Shown here piece by piece: positions 50,756 to 64,000 of a stretch of DNA of 64,000 bases. The stretch is from the human T2T-CHM13v2.0 reference genome, Homo sapiens, in NCBI RefSeq assembly GCF_009914755.1, contig NC_060933.1. One strand, 5' to 3'. Position 1 is the first letter of the stretch. Each line of letters opens with the position of its first letter. A program made the position numbers and the translations under genes. The notes beneath the pieces were generated by a model. That model was given only the letters and a program-made list of their open reading frames with translations, was not told the DNA's origin and did not search any database.

Positions 50756-53700
50756 TTCCACTCGTGTTGATTCCATTCTTTCCATTCCATTCAAGTTGAA
50801 TCCATTCCATTGCATTCCATTCCATTCGATTCCATTCGATTGCACTCGGGTTGATTCCATTCCATTGCATTCCATTCCATTCCATTCCATTCCATTCCGT
50901 TCCATTCCATTCCATTACATTCGGATTGATTCTATTCAATTCCCTTACACTCCATTACATTCCATTCCATTCGGGTAGTTTCCATTCCATTCCATTCCAT
51001 TCCTCTCCATTCCATTGCACTCGGGTTGATTCCATTCCATTGCATTCCATTCCATTCCATTCAATTCCATTGCGTTCCATTCCATTCCATTACATTCGGA
51101 TTGATTCTATTCAACTCCCTTACTCTGCATTACATTCCATTCCATTCGGGTTGTTCCATTCCATTCCATTCCATTCCACTCCATTCCATTGCACTCGGGT
51201 TGATTCCATTCCATTCCATTCCGGAAGATTCCAATCCATTGCATTCCATTCCATTCCATTCCCCTGCACTCGCGTTGATTCCATTCCATTCCATTCTATT
51301 CCATTCCATTCCCTTCCTTTCCGTTCCATTCCATTCCATTCCATTCCATTCCATTGCAATCGAGTTGATTCCATTCCATTCCTTTCCATTCCGTTCCATT
51401 GCCTTGCATTCCACTCGGGTTGATTCCATTCCCTTCTTTCCACTCCATTACATTCCCTTCCATTCCACTCGGAATGATTGATTCCATTCCATTCCATTCC
51501 ATTTCATTCCATTGCAATCCATTCCAATCCATTCCATTCCATTCCATTCCACTCGAGTTGATTTCATTCCATTCCTTTCCATTCTATTCCATTCCTTTCC
51601 ACTCGAGTTTTTTCCATTCCATTCCATTCCATTGCTTTCCATTCCATGCCATTCCACTCGGGTTGATTCCATTCCATTCCATTCCATTCCATTTCATTCC
51701 ATTCCATTCCATTCCATTGCATTCCATTCCATTCCATTCCCCTGCACTCGGGTTGATTCCATTCCATTCCATTCCATTTAATTCCATTCCATTCCATTCC
51801 ATTCCATTCCATTCCATTCCATTCCAATCCGTTCCATTCCATTCCATTCCATTCCATTGCAATCGACTTGATTCCATTCCATTCCATTCCATTCCATTCC
51901 ATTCCATTCCATTGCATTTTGTTCCAATCCATTCTATTCCGAACCATTCCATTACATTCCATTCAATTCCATTCCATTCCATGCCATTCCACTCGGGTTG
52001 ATTCCATTCCTTTCCATTCCATTCGGGTTGAATCCATTCCACTCCATTCCATTCCATTCGAATCCATTCCATTGCACTCGGGTTGATTCCATTCCATTCC
52101 ATTCCATTCGATTCCATTCCATTCCATTCCATTCCGTTCCATTCCATTTCATTACATTCAGATTGATTCTATTCAATTCCCTTACACTCCATTATATTCC
52201 AATCCATTCTGGTTTTTTCCATTCCATTCCATTCCATTTCACTCCATTCCATTGCACTCGGTTTGATTCCATTCCATTCCATTCCGGATGATTCCATTGC
52301 ATTGCATTCCATTCCATTCCATTTCCCTGCACTCAGGTTGATTCCATTCCATTCCATTCCACTCCATTCGGTTCCGTTCCATTCCATTCTATTGCATTCC
52401 ATTCTATTCGGGTTAATTCCATTCCATTCTATTCCATTCCATTCCATTCCATTGCATTGCAATGTAGTTGATTCCATTCCATTCCATTCCATTCCGGATG
52501 ATTCCATTCAATTGCATTCCTTACCATTCCATTCCCCTGCACTCGTGTTGATTCCATTCCCTTCCATTCCATTCCATTCCGTTCAATTCCATTGCATTCC
52601 ATTCTATTCCGGTTAATTCCATTCCTTTCCATTCCATTCCATTCCATTCCATTGCAATCGAGTTGATTCCATTCCATTCCTTTCCATTCCATTCCATTGC
52701 CTTGCATTCCAATCGGGTTGATTCCATTCCCGTCTTTCCACTCCATTACATTCCCTTCCATTCCACTCGGAATGATTGATTCCATTCCATTCCATTCCAT
52801 TTCATTCCATTGCAATCCATTCCAACCCATTCCATTGCATTCCATTCCACTCGAGTTGATTTCATTCCATTCCTTTCCATTCCATTCCATTCCTTTCCAC
52901 TCGAGTTGATTCCATTCCATTCCATTCCATTGCATTCCATTCCATGCCACTCCACTCGGGTTGAACCCATTCCTTTGCATTCCATTCCATTCCATTCCAT
53001 TCCATTCCATTCCGTTGTATTCCATTCCATTACATTCGGATTGATTCTATTCAACTCCCTTACTCTCCATTCCATTCCATTCCATTCGGGTTGTTCCATT
53101 CCATTCCATTCCATTCCACTCCATTCCATTGCACTCGGGTTGATTCCATTCCATTCCATTCCATTCCATTCCATTCCGGATGATTCCATTCCATTGCATT
53201 CCTTTCCATTACTTTCCCCTGCACTCGCGTTGATTCCATTCCATTCCATTCCATTCCATTCAATTCCATTCTATTACAATTCGTTCCATTCCATTCTATT
53301 CCGTACCATTCCATTCCATTCCATACCATTCCATTCCATTCCATTCCATTCAATTCCATTCCATTCCGTTCCATTCCGTTCTTTTCCATTCCATTCCATT
53401 CTATTCGGGTTAATTCCATTCCATTCCATTCCATTCTATTCCATTCCATTGCAATCGAGTTGAATCCATTGCATTTCATTCCATTCCATTCCATTCCATT
53501 CCATTCCGGAAGATTCCATTCCATTGCATTCCATTCCATTCCATTCCCCTGCACTCGCGTTGATTCCATTCCAGTCCATTCCATTCCATTTCATTCCATT
53601 CCGTTCCGTTCCATTCCATTCCATTCCATTCCTTTCCGTTCCGTTCCATTCCATTCCATTCCATTCTATTCGGTTTAATTCCATTCCATTCCATTCGATT

Positions 53701-53833
53701 GCAATCGTGTTGATTAAATTCCATTCCATTCCTTTCCATTCCATTACGGATGATTCCATTCCATTGCATTCCATTCCATTCCATTCCCCGGTACTCGGAT
53801 TGATTCCATTCCATTGCATTCCAATCCATGCCC
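50756..53833 (+). repeat. ~3.07 kb tandem duplication, copy 1
   Basis: Colinear with 53834-56950. Private variants CGAGTTTTTTCC, AATGTAGTTG, CCAACCCATT, GTTGAACCC, GATTAAATTCC, CCCCGGTACTC. ORF offsets are 3078 then 3073. Confidence 0.95.
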
Positions 53834-56800
53834 TTCCACTCGTGTTGATTCCATTCTTTCCATTCCATTCAAGTTGAATCCATTCCATTGCATTCCATTC
53901 CATTCGATTCCATTCGATTGCACTCGGGTTGATTCCATTCCATTGCATTCCATTCCATTCCATTCCATTCCATTCCGTTCCATTCCATTCCATTACATTC
54001 GGATTGATTCTATTCAATTCCCTTACACTCCATTACATTCCATTCCATTCGGGTAGTTTCCATTCCATTCCATTCCATTCCTCTCCATTCCATTGCACTC
54101 GGGTTGATTCCATTCCATTGCATTCCATTCCATTCCATTCAATTCCATTGCGTTCCATTCCATTCCATTACATTCGGATTGATTCTATTCAACTCCCTTA
54201 CTCTGCATTACATTCCATTCCATTCGGGTTGTTCCATTCCATTCCATTCCATTCCACTCCATTCCATTGCACTCGGGTTGATTCCATTCCATTCCATTCC
54301 GGAAGATTCCAATCCATTGCATTCCATTCCATTCCATTCCCCTGCACTCGCGTTGATTCCATTCCATTCCATTCTATTCCATTCCATTCCCTTCCTTTCC
54401 ATTCCATTCCATTCCATTCCATTCCATTCCATTGCAATCGAGTTGATTCCATTCCATTCCTTTCCATTCCGTTCCATTGCCTTGCATTCCACTCGGGTTG
54501 ATTCCATTCCCTTCTTTCCACTCCATTACATTCCCTTCCATTCCACTCGGAATGATTGATTCCATTCCATTCCATTCCATTTCATTCCATTGCAATCCAT
54601 TCCAATCCATTCCATTCCATTCCATTCCACTCGAGTTGATTTCATTCCATTCCTTTCCATTCTATTCCATTCCTTTCCACTCGAGTTTTTTCCATTCCAT
54701 TCCATTCCATTGCTTTCCATTCCATGCCATTCCACTCGGGTTGATTCCATTCCATTCCATTCCATTCCATTTCATTCCATTCCATTCCATTCCATTGCAT
54801 TCCATTCCATTCCATTCCCCTGCACTCGGGTTGATTCCATTCCATTCCATTCCATTTAATTCCATTCCATTCCATTCCATTCCATTCCATTCCATTCCAT
54901 TCCAATCCGTTCCATTCCATTCCATTCCATTCCATTGCAATCGACTTGATTCCATTCCATTCCATTCCATTCCATTCCATTCCATTGCATTTTGTTCCAA
55001 TCCATTCTATTCCGAACCATTCCATTACATTCCATTCAATTCCATTCCATTCCATGCCATTCCACTCGGGTTGATTCCATTCCTTTCCATTCCATTCGGG
55101 TTGAATCCATTCCACTCCATTCCATTCCATTCGAATCCATTCCATTGCACTCGGGTTGATTCCATTCCATTCCATTCCATTCGATTCCATTCCATTCCAT
55201 TCCATTCCGTTCCATTCCATTTCATTACATTCAGATTGATTCTATTCAATTCCCTTACACTCCATTATATTCCAATCCATTCTGGTTTTTTCCATTCCAT
55301 TCCATTCCATTTCACTCCATTCCATTGCACTCGGTTTGATTCCATTCCATTCCATTCCGGATGATTCCATTGCATTGCATTCCATTCCATTCCATTTCCC
55401 TGCACTCAGGTTGATTCCATTCCATTCCATTCCACTCCATTCGGTTCCGTTCCATTCCATTCTATTGCATTCCATTCTATTCGGGTTAATTCCATTCCAT
55501 TCTATTCCATTCCATTCCATTCCATTGCATTGCAATGTAGTTGATTCCATTCCATTCCATTCCATTCCGGATGATTCCATTCAATTGCATTCCTTACCAT
55601 TCCATTCCCCTGCACTCGTGTTGATTCCATTCCCTTCCATTCCATTCCATTCCGTTCAATTCCATTGCATTCCATTCTATTCCGGTTAATTCCATTCCTT
55701 TCCATTCCATTCCATTCCATTCCATTGCAATCGAGTTGATTCCATTCCATTCCTTTCCATTCCATTCCATTGCCTTGCATTCCAATCGGGTTGATTCCAT
55801 TCCCGTCTTTCCACTCCATTACATTCCCTTCCATTCCACTCGGAATGATTGATTCCATTCCATTCCATTCCATTTCATTCCGTTGCAATCCATTCCAACC
55901 CATTCCATTGCATTCCATTCCACTCGAGTTGATTTCATTCCATTCCTTTCCATTCCATTCCATTCCTTTCCACTCGAGTTGATTCCATTCCATTCCATTC
56001 CATTGCATTCCATTCCATGCCACTCCACTCGGGTTGAACCCATTCCTTTGCATTCCATTCCATTCCATTCCATTCCATTCCATTCCGTTGTATTCCATTC
56101 CATTACATTCGGATTGATTCTATTCAACTCCCTTACTCTCCATTCCATTCCATTCCATTCGGGTTGTTCCATTCCATTCCATTCCATTCCACTCCATTCC
56201 ATTGCACTCGGGTTGATTCCATTCCATTCCATTCCATTCCATTCCATTCCGGATGATTCCATTCCATTGCATTCCTTTCCATTACTTTCCCCTGCACTCG
56301 CGTTGATTCCATTCCATTCCATTCCATTCCATTCAATTCCATTCTATTACAATTCGTTCCATTCCATTCTATTCCGTACCATTCCATTCCATTCCATACC
56401 ATTCCATTCCATTCCATTCCATTCAATTCCATTCCATTCCGTTCCATTCCGTTCTTTTCCATTCCATTCCATTCTATTCGGGTTAATTCCATTCCATTCC
56501 ATTCCATTCTATTCCATTCCATTGCAATCGAGTTGAATCCATTGCATTTCATTCCATTCCATTCCATTCCATTCCATTCCGGAAGATTCCATTCCATTGC
56601 ATTCCATTCCATTCCATTCCCCTGCACTCGCGTTGATTCCATTCCAGTCCATTCCATTCCATTTCATTCCATTCCGTTCCGTTCCATTCCATTCCATTCC
56701 ATTCCTTTCCGTTCCGTTCCATTCCATTCCATTCCATTCTATTCGGTTTAATTCCATTCCATTCCATTCGATTGCAATCGTGTTGATTAAATTCCATTCC

Positions 56801-56950
56801 ATTCCTTTCCATTCCATTACGGATGATTCCATTCCATTGCATTCCATTCCATTCCATTCCCCGGTACTCGGATTGATTCCATTCCATTGCATTCCAATCC
56901 ATGCCCTTCCACTCGTGTTGATTCCATTCTTTCCATTCCATTCAAGTTGA
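53834..56950 (+). repeat. ~3.07 kb tandem duplication, copy 2
   Basis: See copy 1. By eye I found only two substitutions and one pentamer indel. Confidence 0.95.
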
Positions 56951-57393
56951 GTCCATTCCATTGCATTCCATTCCATTCGATTCCATTCGATTGCACTTGG
57001 GTTGATTCCATTCCATTGCATTCCATTCCATTCCATTCCATTCCATTCCATTCCGTTCCATTCCATTGCATTACATTCGGATTGATTCTATTCAATTCCC
57101 TTACACTCCATTACATTCTATTCCATTCGGGTAGTTTCCATTCCATTCCATTCCATTCCTCTCCATTCCATTGCACTCGGGTTGATTCCATTCCATTGCA
57201 TTCCATTCCATTCCATTCAATTCCATTCCGTTCCATTCCATTCCATTACATTCGGATTGATTCTACTCAACTCCCTTACTCTCCATTCCATTCCATTCCA
57301 TTCGGGTTGTTCCATTCCATTCCATTCCATTCCACTCCATTCCATTGCACTCGGGTTGATTCCATTCCATTGCATTCCATTCCATTCCATTCC

Positions 57394-60226
57394 ATTCCGG
57401 AAGATTCCATTCCATTGCATTCCATTCCATTCCATTCCCCTGCACTCGCGTTGATTCCATTCCATTCCATTCCATTCCATTCCATTCCATTCCATTCCCT
57501 TCCTTTCCGTTCCATTCCATTCCATTCCATTCCGTTCCGTTCCATTCCATTCCATTCCATTCTATTCGGGTTAATTCCATTCCATTCCATTCGATTGCAA
57601 TCGAGTTGATTCCATTCCATTCCATTCCATTCCATTCCATTCCATTCCATTCCTTTCCATTCCATTACGGAAGATTCCATTCCATTGCATTCCATTCCAT
57701 TCCATTCCCCTGCACTCGCGTTGATTCCATTCCATTCCATTCCATTCCATTCCGTTCCGTTCCATTCCATTCCATTCCATTCCATTCCGTTCCGTTCCAT
57801 TCCATTCCATTCCATTCTATTCGGGTTAATTCCATTCCATTCCGTGCGATTGCAATCGAGTTGATTCCATTCCATTCCATTCCATTCCATTCCATTCCAT
57901 TCCATTCCATTCCTTTCCTTTCCATTCCATTACGGATGATTCCATTCCAATGCATTCCATTCCATTCCATTCCCCTGTACTCGGGTTGATTCCATTCCAT
58001 TCCATTCCAATCCATGCCATTCCACTCGTGTTGATTCCATTCTTTACATTCCATTCAAGTTGAATCCATTCCATTGCATTCCATTCCATTCGATTCCATT
58101 CGATTGCACTCGGGTTGATTCCATTCCATTGCATTCCATTCCATTCCATTCCATTCCATTCCATTCCATTCCATTCCGTTCCATTCCATTCCATTACATT
58201 CGGATTGATTCTATTCAATTCCCTTACACTCCATTACATTCCATTCCATTCGGGTAGTTTCCATTCCATTCCATTCCATTCCTCTCCGTTCCATTGCACT
58301 CGGGTTGATTCCATTCCATTGCATTCCATTCCATTCCATTCAATTCCATTCCGTTCCATTCCATTCCATTACATTCGGATTGATTCTATTCAACTCCCTT
58401 ACTCTCCATTACATTCCATTCCATTCGGGTTGTTCCATTCCATTCCATTCCATTCCACTCCATTCCATTGCACTCGGGTTGATTCCATTCCATTCCATTC
58501 CATTCCATTCCATTCCATTCCGGAAGATTCCATTCCATTGCATTCCATTCCATTCGATTCCCCTGCACTCGCGTTGATTCCTTTCCATTCCATTCTATTC
58601 CATTCCATTCCCTTCCATTCCGTTCCATTCCATTCCATTCCATTCCATTCCATTCCGTTCCGTTCCATTCCATTCCATTCCATTCTATTCGGGTTAATTC
58701 CATTCCATTCCATTCGATTGCAATCGAGTTGATTCCATTCCATTCCATTCCATTCCATTCCATTCCATTCCATTCCATTCCATTCCTTTCCATTCCATTA
58801 CGGATGATTCCATTCCATTGCATTCCATTCCATTCCATTCCCCTGTACTCGGGTTGATTCCATTCCATTCCATTCCAATCCATGCCATTCCTCTCGTGTT
58901 GATTCCATTCTTTCCATTCCATTCAAGTTGAATCCATTCCATTGCATTCCATTCCATTCGATTCCATTCGATTGCACTCGGGTTGATTCCATTCCATTGC
59001 ATTCCATTCCATTCCATTCCATTCCATTCCATTCCATTCCGTTCCATTCCATTCCATTACATTCGGATTGATTCTAATCAATTCCCTTACAGTCCATTAC
59101 ATTCCATTCCATTCGGGTAGTTTCCATTCCATTCCATTCCATTCCTCTCCATTCTGTTGAACTCGGGTTGATTCCATTCCATGCATTCCATTCCATTCCA
59201 TTCAATTCCATTCCGTTCCATTCCATTCCATTACATTCGGATTGATTCTATTCAACTCCCTTACTCTCCATTACATTCCATTCCATTCGGGTTGTTCCAT
59301 TCCATTCCATTCCATTCCACTCCATTGCATTGCACTTGGGTTGATTCCATTCCATTCCATTCCATTCCATTCCATTCCATTCCATTCCGGAAGATTCCAT
59401 TCCATTGCATTCCATTCCATTCCATTCCCCTGCACTCGCGTTGATTCCATTCCATTCCATTCCATTCCATTCCATTCCGTTCCGTTCCGTTCCGTTCCGT
59501 TCCATTCCATTCCATTCCATTCCGTTCCGTTCCATTCCATTCCATTCCATTCTATTTGGGTTAATTCCATTCCATTCCATTCGATTGCGATCGAGTTGAT
59601 TCCATTCCATTCCATTCCATTCCATTCCATTCCATTCCATTCCTTTCCATTCCATTACGGATGATTCCATTCCATTGCATTCCATTCCATTCCATTCCCC
59701 TGCACTCGGGTTGATTCCATTACATTCCATTCCAATCCATGCCATTCCACTCGTGTTGATTCCATTCTTTCCATTCCATTCAAGTTGAATCCATTCCATT
59801 ACATTGCATTCCATTCGATTCCATTCGATTGCACTCGGGTTGATTCCATTCCATTCCATTCCATTCCATTCCATTCCGTTCCATTCCATTCCATTGCATT
59901 CGGGTTGATTCTATTCAATTCCCTTACACTCCATTACATTCCATTCCATTCGGGTAGTTTCCATTCCATTCCATTCCATTCCTCTCCATTCCATTGCACT
60001 CGGGTTGATTCCATTCCATTGCACTCCATTCCATTCCATTCAATTCCATTCCGTTCCATTCCATTCCATTACATTCGGAATGATTCTATTCAACTCCTTT
60101 ACTCTCCATTACATTCCATTCCATTCGGGTTGTTCCATTCCATTCCATTCCATTCCACTCCATTCCATTGCACTCGGGTTGATTCCATTCCATTCCATTC
60201 CGTTCCATTCCATTCCGGAAGATTCC
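57394..60226 (+). repeat. Best-preserved run of the underlying ~0.85 kb multi-module unit
   Basis: HSE spacers fall at 57394, 58517, 59384, 60212 and CAAGTTGAATCC at ~58056, 58924, 59781, 60609 (periods 868, 857, 828) with the same module order. The first interval is lengthened by a partial internal repeat at ~57665-57930. Confidence 0.8.
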
Positions 60227-63200
60227 ATTCCATTGCATTCCATTCCATTCCATTCCCCTGCACTCGCGTTGATTCCATTCCATTGCATTCCATTCCATTC
60301 TGTTCCATTCCATTCCTTTCCGTTCCATTCCATTCCATTCCATTCCATTCCATTCCGTTCCGTTCCGTTCCATTCCATTCCATTCCATTCTATTCGGGTT
60401 AATTCCATTCCAATCCATTCGATTGCAATCGAGTTGATTCCATTCCATTCCATTCCATTCCATTCCATTCCTTTCCATTCCATTACGGATGATTCCATTC
60501 CATTGCATTCCATTCCATTCCATTCCCCTGTACTCGGGTTGATTCCATTCCATTCTATTCCAATCCATGCCATTCCACTCGTGTTGATTCCATTCTTTCC
60601 ATTCCATTCAAGTTGAATCCATTCCATTGCATTCCATTCCATTCCATTCCCCTGCAGTCGGGTTGATTCCGTTCCATTCCATTCCATTCCATTCCATTCC
60701 ATTCCATTCCATTCCATTCCGTTCCATTTAATTCCATTCCATTCTATTCGGGTTAATTCCATTCCATTAAATTCCATTCCATTCCATTCCATTCCATTCC
60801 ATTGCAATCAGTTGATTCCATTGCATTCCATTCCATTCCATTCCATTCCATTCCATTCCATTCCATTGCATTCCGTTCCGTTCTCTTCCGTTCCATTCCA
60901 TTCCACTCCATTCCATTCCATTCCATTCCTTTCCATTCCATTACGGATGATTCCATTCCATTGCATTCCATTCCATTCCATTCCCCTGTACTCGGGTTGA
61001 TTCCATTCCATTCCATTCCAATCCATGCCATTCCACTCGTGTTGATTCCATTCTTTCCATTCCATTCAAGTTGAATCCATTCCATTGCATTCCATTCCAT
61101 TCGATTGCATTCGATTGCACTCGGGTTGATTCCATGGCAGTGCATTCCATTGCATTCCATTCCATTCCATTCCATTCCTTTCCATTCCATTCCATTCGGA
61201 TTCATTCTATTCAATTCCCTTACACTCCATTACATTCCATTCGATTCGTGTAGTTTCCATTCCATTCCATTCCATTCCTCTCCATTCCATTGCACTCGGG
61301 TTGATTCCATTCCATTCCATTCCATTCCATTCCATTCCATTCCATTCCATTCCGGATGATTCCATTCCATTGAATTCCATTCCATTCCATTCCCCTGCAC
61401 TTGGGTTGATTCCATTCCATTCCATTCCATTCCTTTCTGTTCCATTCAATTCCATTCCATTCCATTCTATTCGTGTTAATTCCATTCCATTCTATTCCAT
61501 TCCATTTCCATTGAAATCGAGTTGATTCCATTCCATTCCATTCCATTCCATTCCATTCCATTCCGGATGATTCCATTCCATTGCATTCCATTCCATTCCA
61601 TTCCCCTGCACTCGGGTTGATTCCATTCCATTCCATTCCATTACATTCCATTCCATTCCGTTCCATTTCGTTGTATTCGGGTTAATTCCATTCCATTCCA
61701 TTTCACTCCATTCCAGTCCTTTCCATTCCATTCCACTCAGGTTGATTCCATTCTATTCCTTTCAATTCCATTCCATTCCATTGCAATCGAGTTGATTCCA
61801 TTCGAGTTGAATCTATTCCATTCCATTCCATTCCATTCCATTGCATTGCACACGGGTTCATTCCATTCCATTCCATTCCATTCCATTCCATTCTATTCCA
61901 TTTCATTCCATTCCATTCTATTCCGTACCATTCCATTCCATCCCATTCCATTCCGTTCCATTCCATGCCATTACACTCGGGTTGATTGCATTCCTTTCCA
62001 TTCCATTCTTGTTGAATCCATTCCATTCCATTCCATTCCATTCGAATCCATTCCATTGCACTCGGGTTGATTCCATTCCATTCCATTCCATTCCATTCCA
62101 TTTCATTCCATTCCATTCCATTACATTCGGATTGATTCTATTCAATTCCCTTACATTCCATTACATTCCATTCCATTCGGGATGTTTCCATTCCATTCCA
62201 TTCCATTCCACTCCCTTCCATTGCATCAGGTTGATTGCATTCCATTCTATTCCATTCCATTCCGGATGATTCCATTCCATTGCATTCCATTCCATTCCAT
62301 TCCCCTGCACTCGGGTTGATTCCATTCCATTCCATTCCATTTCATTCCATTCCATTCCATTCCATTCCATTCCATTCTATTCGGTTTAATTCCATTCCAT
62401 TCCATTCCATTCCATTCCATTCCATTCCATTCCATTCCAATCGAGTTGATTCCATTCCATTCCATTCCATTCCATTCCACTCCATTCCAGTCCTTTCCAT
62501 TCCATTACACTCGGGTTGATTCCATTCTATTCCTTTCCATTCCATTCCATTCCATTGCAATCGAGTTGATTCCATTGCTTTGCATTCCATTCCATTCCAT
62601 TCCATTCCGGATGATTCCATTCCATTGCATTCCATTCCATTCCATTCCCCTGCACTCGGGTTGATTCCATTCCATTCCACTCCATTCCGTTCCATTCCAT
62701 TCCATTACATTCGGATTGATTCTATTCAACTCCCTTACTGTCCATTACATTCCATTCCATTCCATACCATTCCATTCCATTCCATTCCATTCCTTTCCGT
62801 TCCATTCCGTTCCATTCCGTTCCATTGCATTCCATTCTATTCGGGTTAATTCCATTCCATTCCATTCCATTCCATTCTATTCCATTCCATTGCAATCGAG
62901 TTGAATCCATTGCATTTCATTCCATTCCATTCCATTCCATTCCATTCCGGAAGATCCCATTCCATTGCATTCCATTCCATTCCATTCCCCTGCACTCGCG
63001 TTGATTCCATTCCATTCCATTCCATTCCATTGCATTCCATTCCATTGCGTTCCGTTACATTCCATTCTATTCCATTCCATTCCATTCCGGTCCGTTCCAT
63101 TCCATTCCATTCCATTCTATTCGGGTTAATTCCATTCCATTCCATTCGATTGCAATCGTGTTGATTCCATTCCATTCCATTCCATTCCATTCCATTCCAT

Positions 63201-64000
63201 TCCTTTCCATTCCATTACGGATGATTCCATTCCATTGCATTCCATTCCATTCCATTCCCCTGTACTCGGGTTGATTCCATTCCATTGCATTCCAATGCAT
63301 GCCCTTCGACTCGTGTTGATTCCATTCTTTCCATTCCATTCAAGTTGAATGAATTCCATTGCATTCCATTCCATTCGATTGCATTCAATTGCACTCGGGT
63401 TGATTCCATTCCATTGCATTCCATTCCATTCCATTCCATTCCATTCCGTTCCATTCCATTCCATTACATTCGGATTGATTCTATTCAACTCCCTTACTAT
63501 ACATTACATTCCATTCGATTCGGGCTGTTCCATTCCATTCCATTCCATTCCACTCCATTCCATTGCACTCGGGTTTACTCCATTCCATTCCATTCCATTC
63601 CATTCCATTCGATTCCATTCCGGAAAATTCCATTCCATTGCATGCCATTCCATTCCATTCCCCTGCACTCGCGTTGATTCCATTCCATTCCATTCCATTC
63701 CATTCCATTCCATTCCATTCCTTTCCGGTCCATTCCATTCCATTCCATTCCATTCCATTCCATTCCGTTCCGTTCCGTTCCGTTCCATTCCATTCCATTC
63801 CATTCTATTCGGGTTAATTCCATTCCATTCCATTCCATTCCATTCCATTCCATTCCAATCGAGTTGATTCCATTCCATTCCATTCCATTCCATTATATTA
63901 TATTCGGGTTAATTGCATTCCATTCAGTTCCATTCCATTCCATTCCATTACAATCGAGTTGATTCCATTCCATTCCATTCCATTCCATTCCGTTCCGTTC

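Larger units (their letters stand above)
1..64000 (+). repeat. Satellite III (HSat3) pericentromeric array, (CATTC)n on + strand; probably HSat3B / chr9q12-type
   Basis: Long perfect CATTC runs from first to last base, interrupted by A(C/T)TCGGGTTG-type decamers (reverse complement CAACCCGAGT), the classical Satellite 3 signature. It lacks the dense CATTCGATTC/GATGAT pattern of HSat2. The subfamily/chromosome call is inference and less certain than the family call. Confidence 0.98.

Noticed and set aside
47-63893. Hundreds of ORFs (IPFHS- and MEWNG-repeat proteins up to 335 aa)
   Set aside because: A stop-free pentamer is open in all six frames. The ORFs overlap on both strands, start and stop at recurring spacers, and show no domain or gene structure.
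1-64000. Repeat/spacer alternation reminiscent of a CRISPR array or other information-storing cassette system
   Set aside because: The spacers are a small recurring vocabulary of mutated pentamers, not unique acquired sequences. There is no fixed-length direct repeat, leader or associated gene.
1-64000. Inversion breakpoints or inserted elements (L1, Alu, ERV, alpha satellite)
   Set aside because: CATTC stays on + throughout. The isolated GGAAT words (e.g. ~15294, ~27839, ~48088) are point variants. I see no poly-A tail, TSD, 171 bp monomer or non-satellite stretch.
1-64000. Thousands of TEAD/MCAT-like CATTCC words
   Set aside because: This is an automatic consequence of the pentamer and is already described for HSat3 generally, so it is not specific to this window.

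Overview
The whole 64 kb window is one uninterrupted classical satellite array: (CATTC)n/(GGAAT)n pentamers punctuated by short CpG-containing spacers such as CACTCGGGTTGATT. This is human (or great-ape) Satellite III / HSat3, most plausibly the chromosome 9q12-type subfamily; that placement is inferred, not verified. The C-rich strand is on + throughout, and I see no inversion, transposon, unique-sequence island, RNA gene, CRISPR array or credible protein-coding gene. All ORFs in the track are artefacts of a stop-free pentamer (IPFHS/MEWNG). The array does have hidden order. About 15 distinct spacer modules recur in a fixed order as a degenerate ~0.85 kb unit. That unit carries a perfect three-pentamer heat-shock element (aTTCc-gGAAg-aTTCc, about 44 intact copies counted by eye) and a perfect 14 bp palindrome (TCGATTGCAATCGA). 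On top of this sit nested duplications: near-identical tandem pairs of ~9.75 kb and ~3.07 kb, older ~3.4, ~1.7 and ~0.54 kb ones, and dispersed copies 24-58 kb apart. I found no evidence for a new gene-based system; the best candidates for a second look are the HSE-bearing unit and the duplication architecture. All counts and boundaries were read by eye and are approximate.
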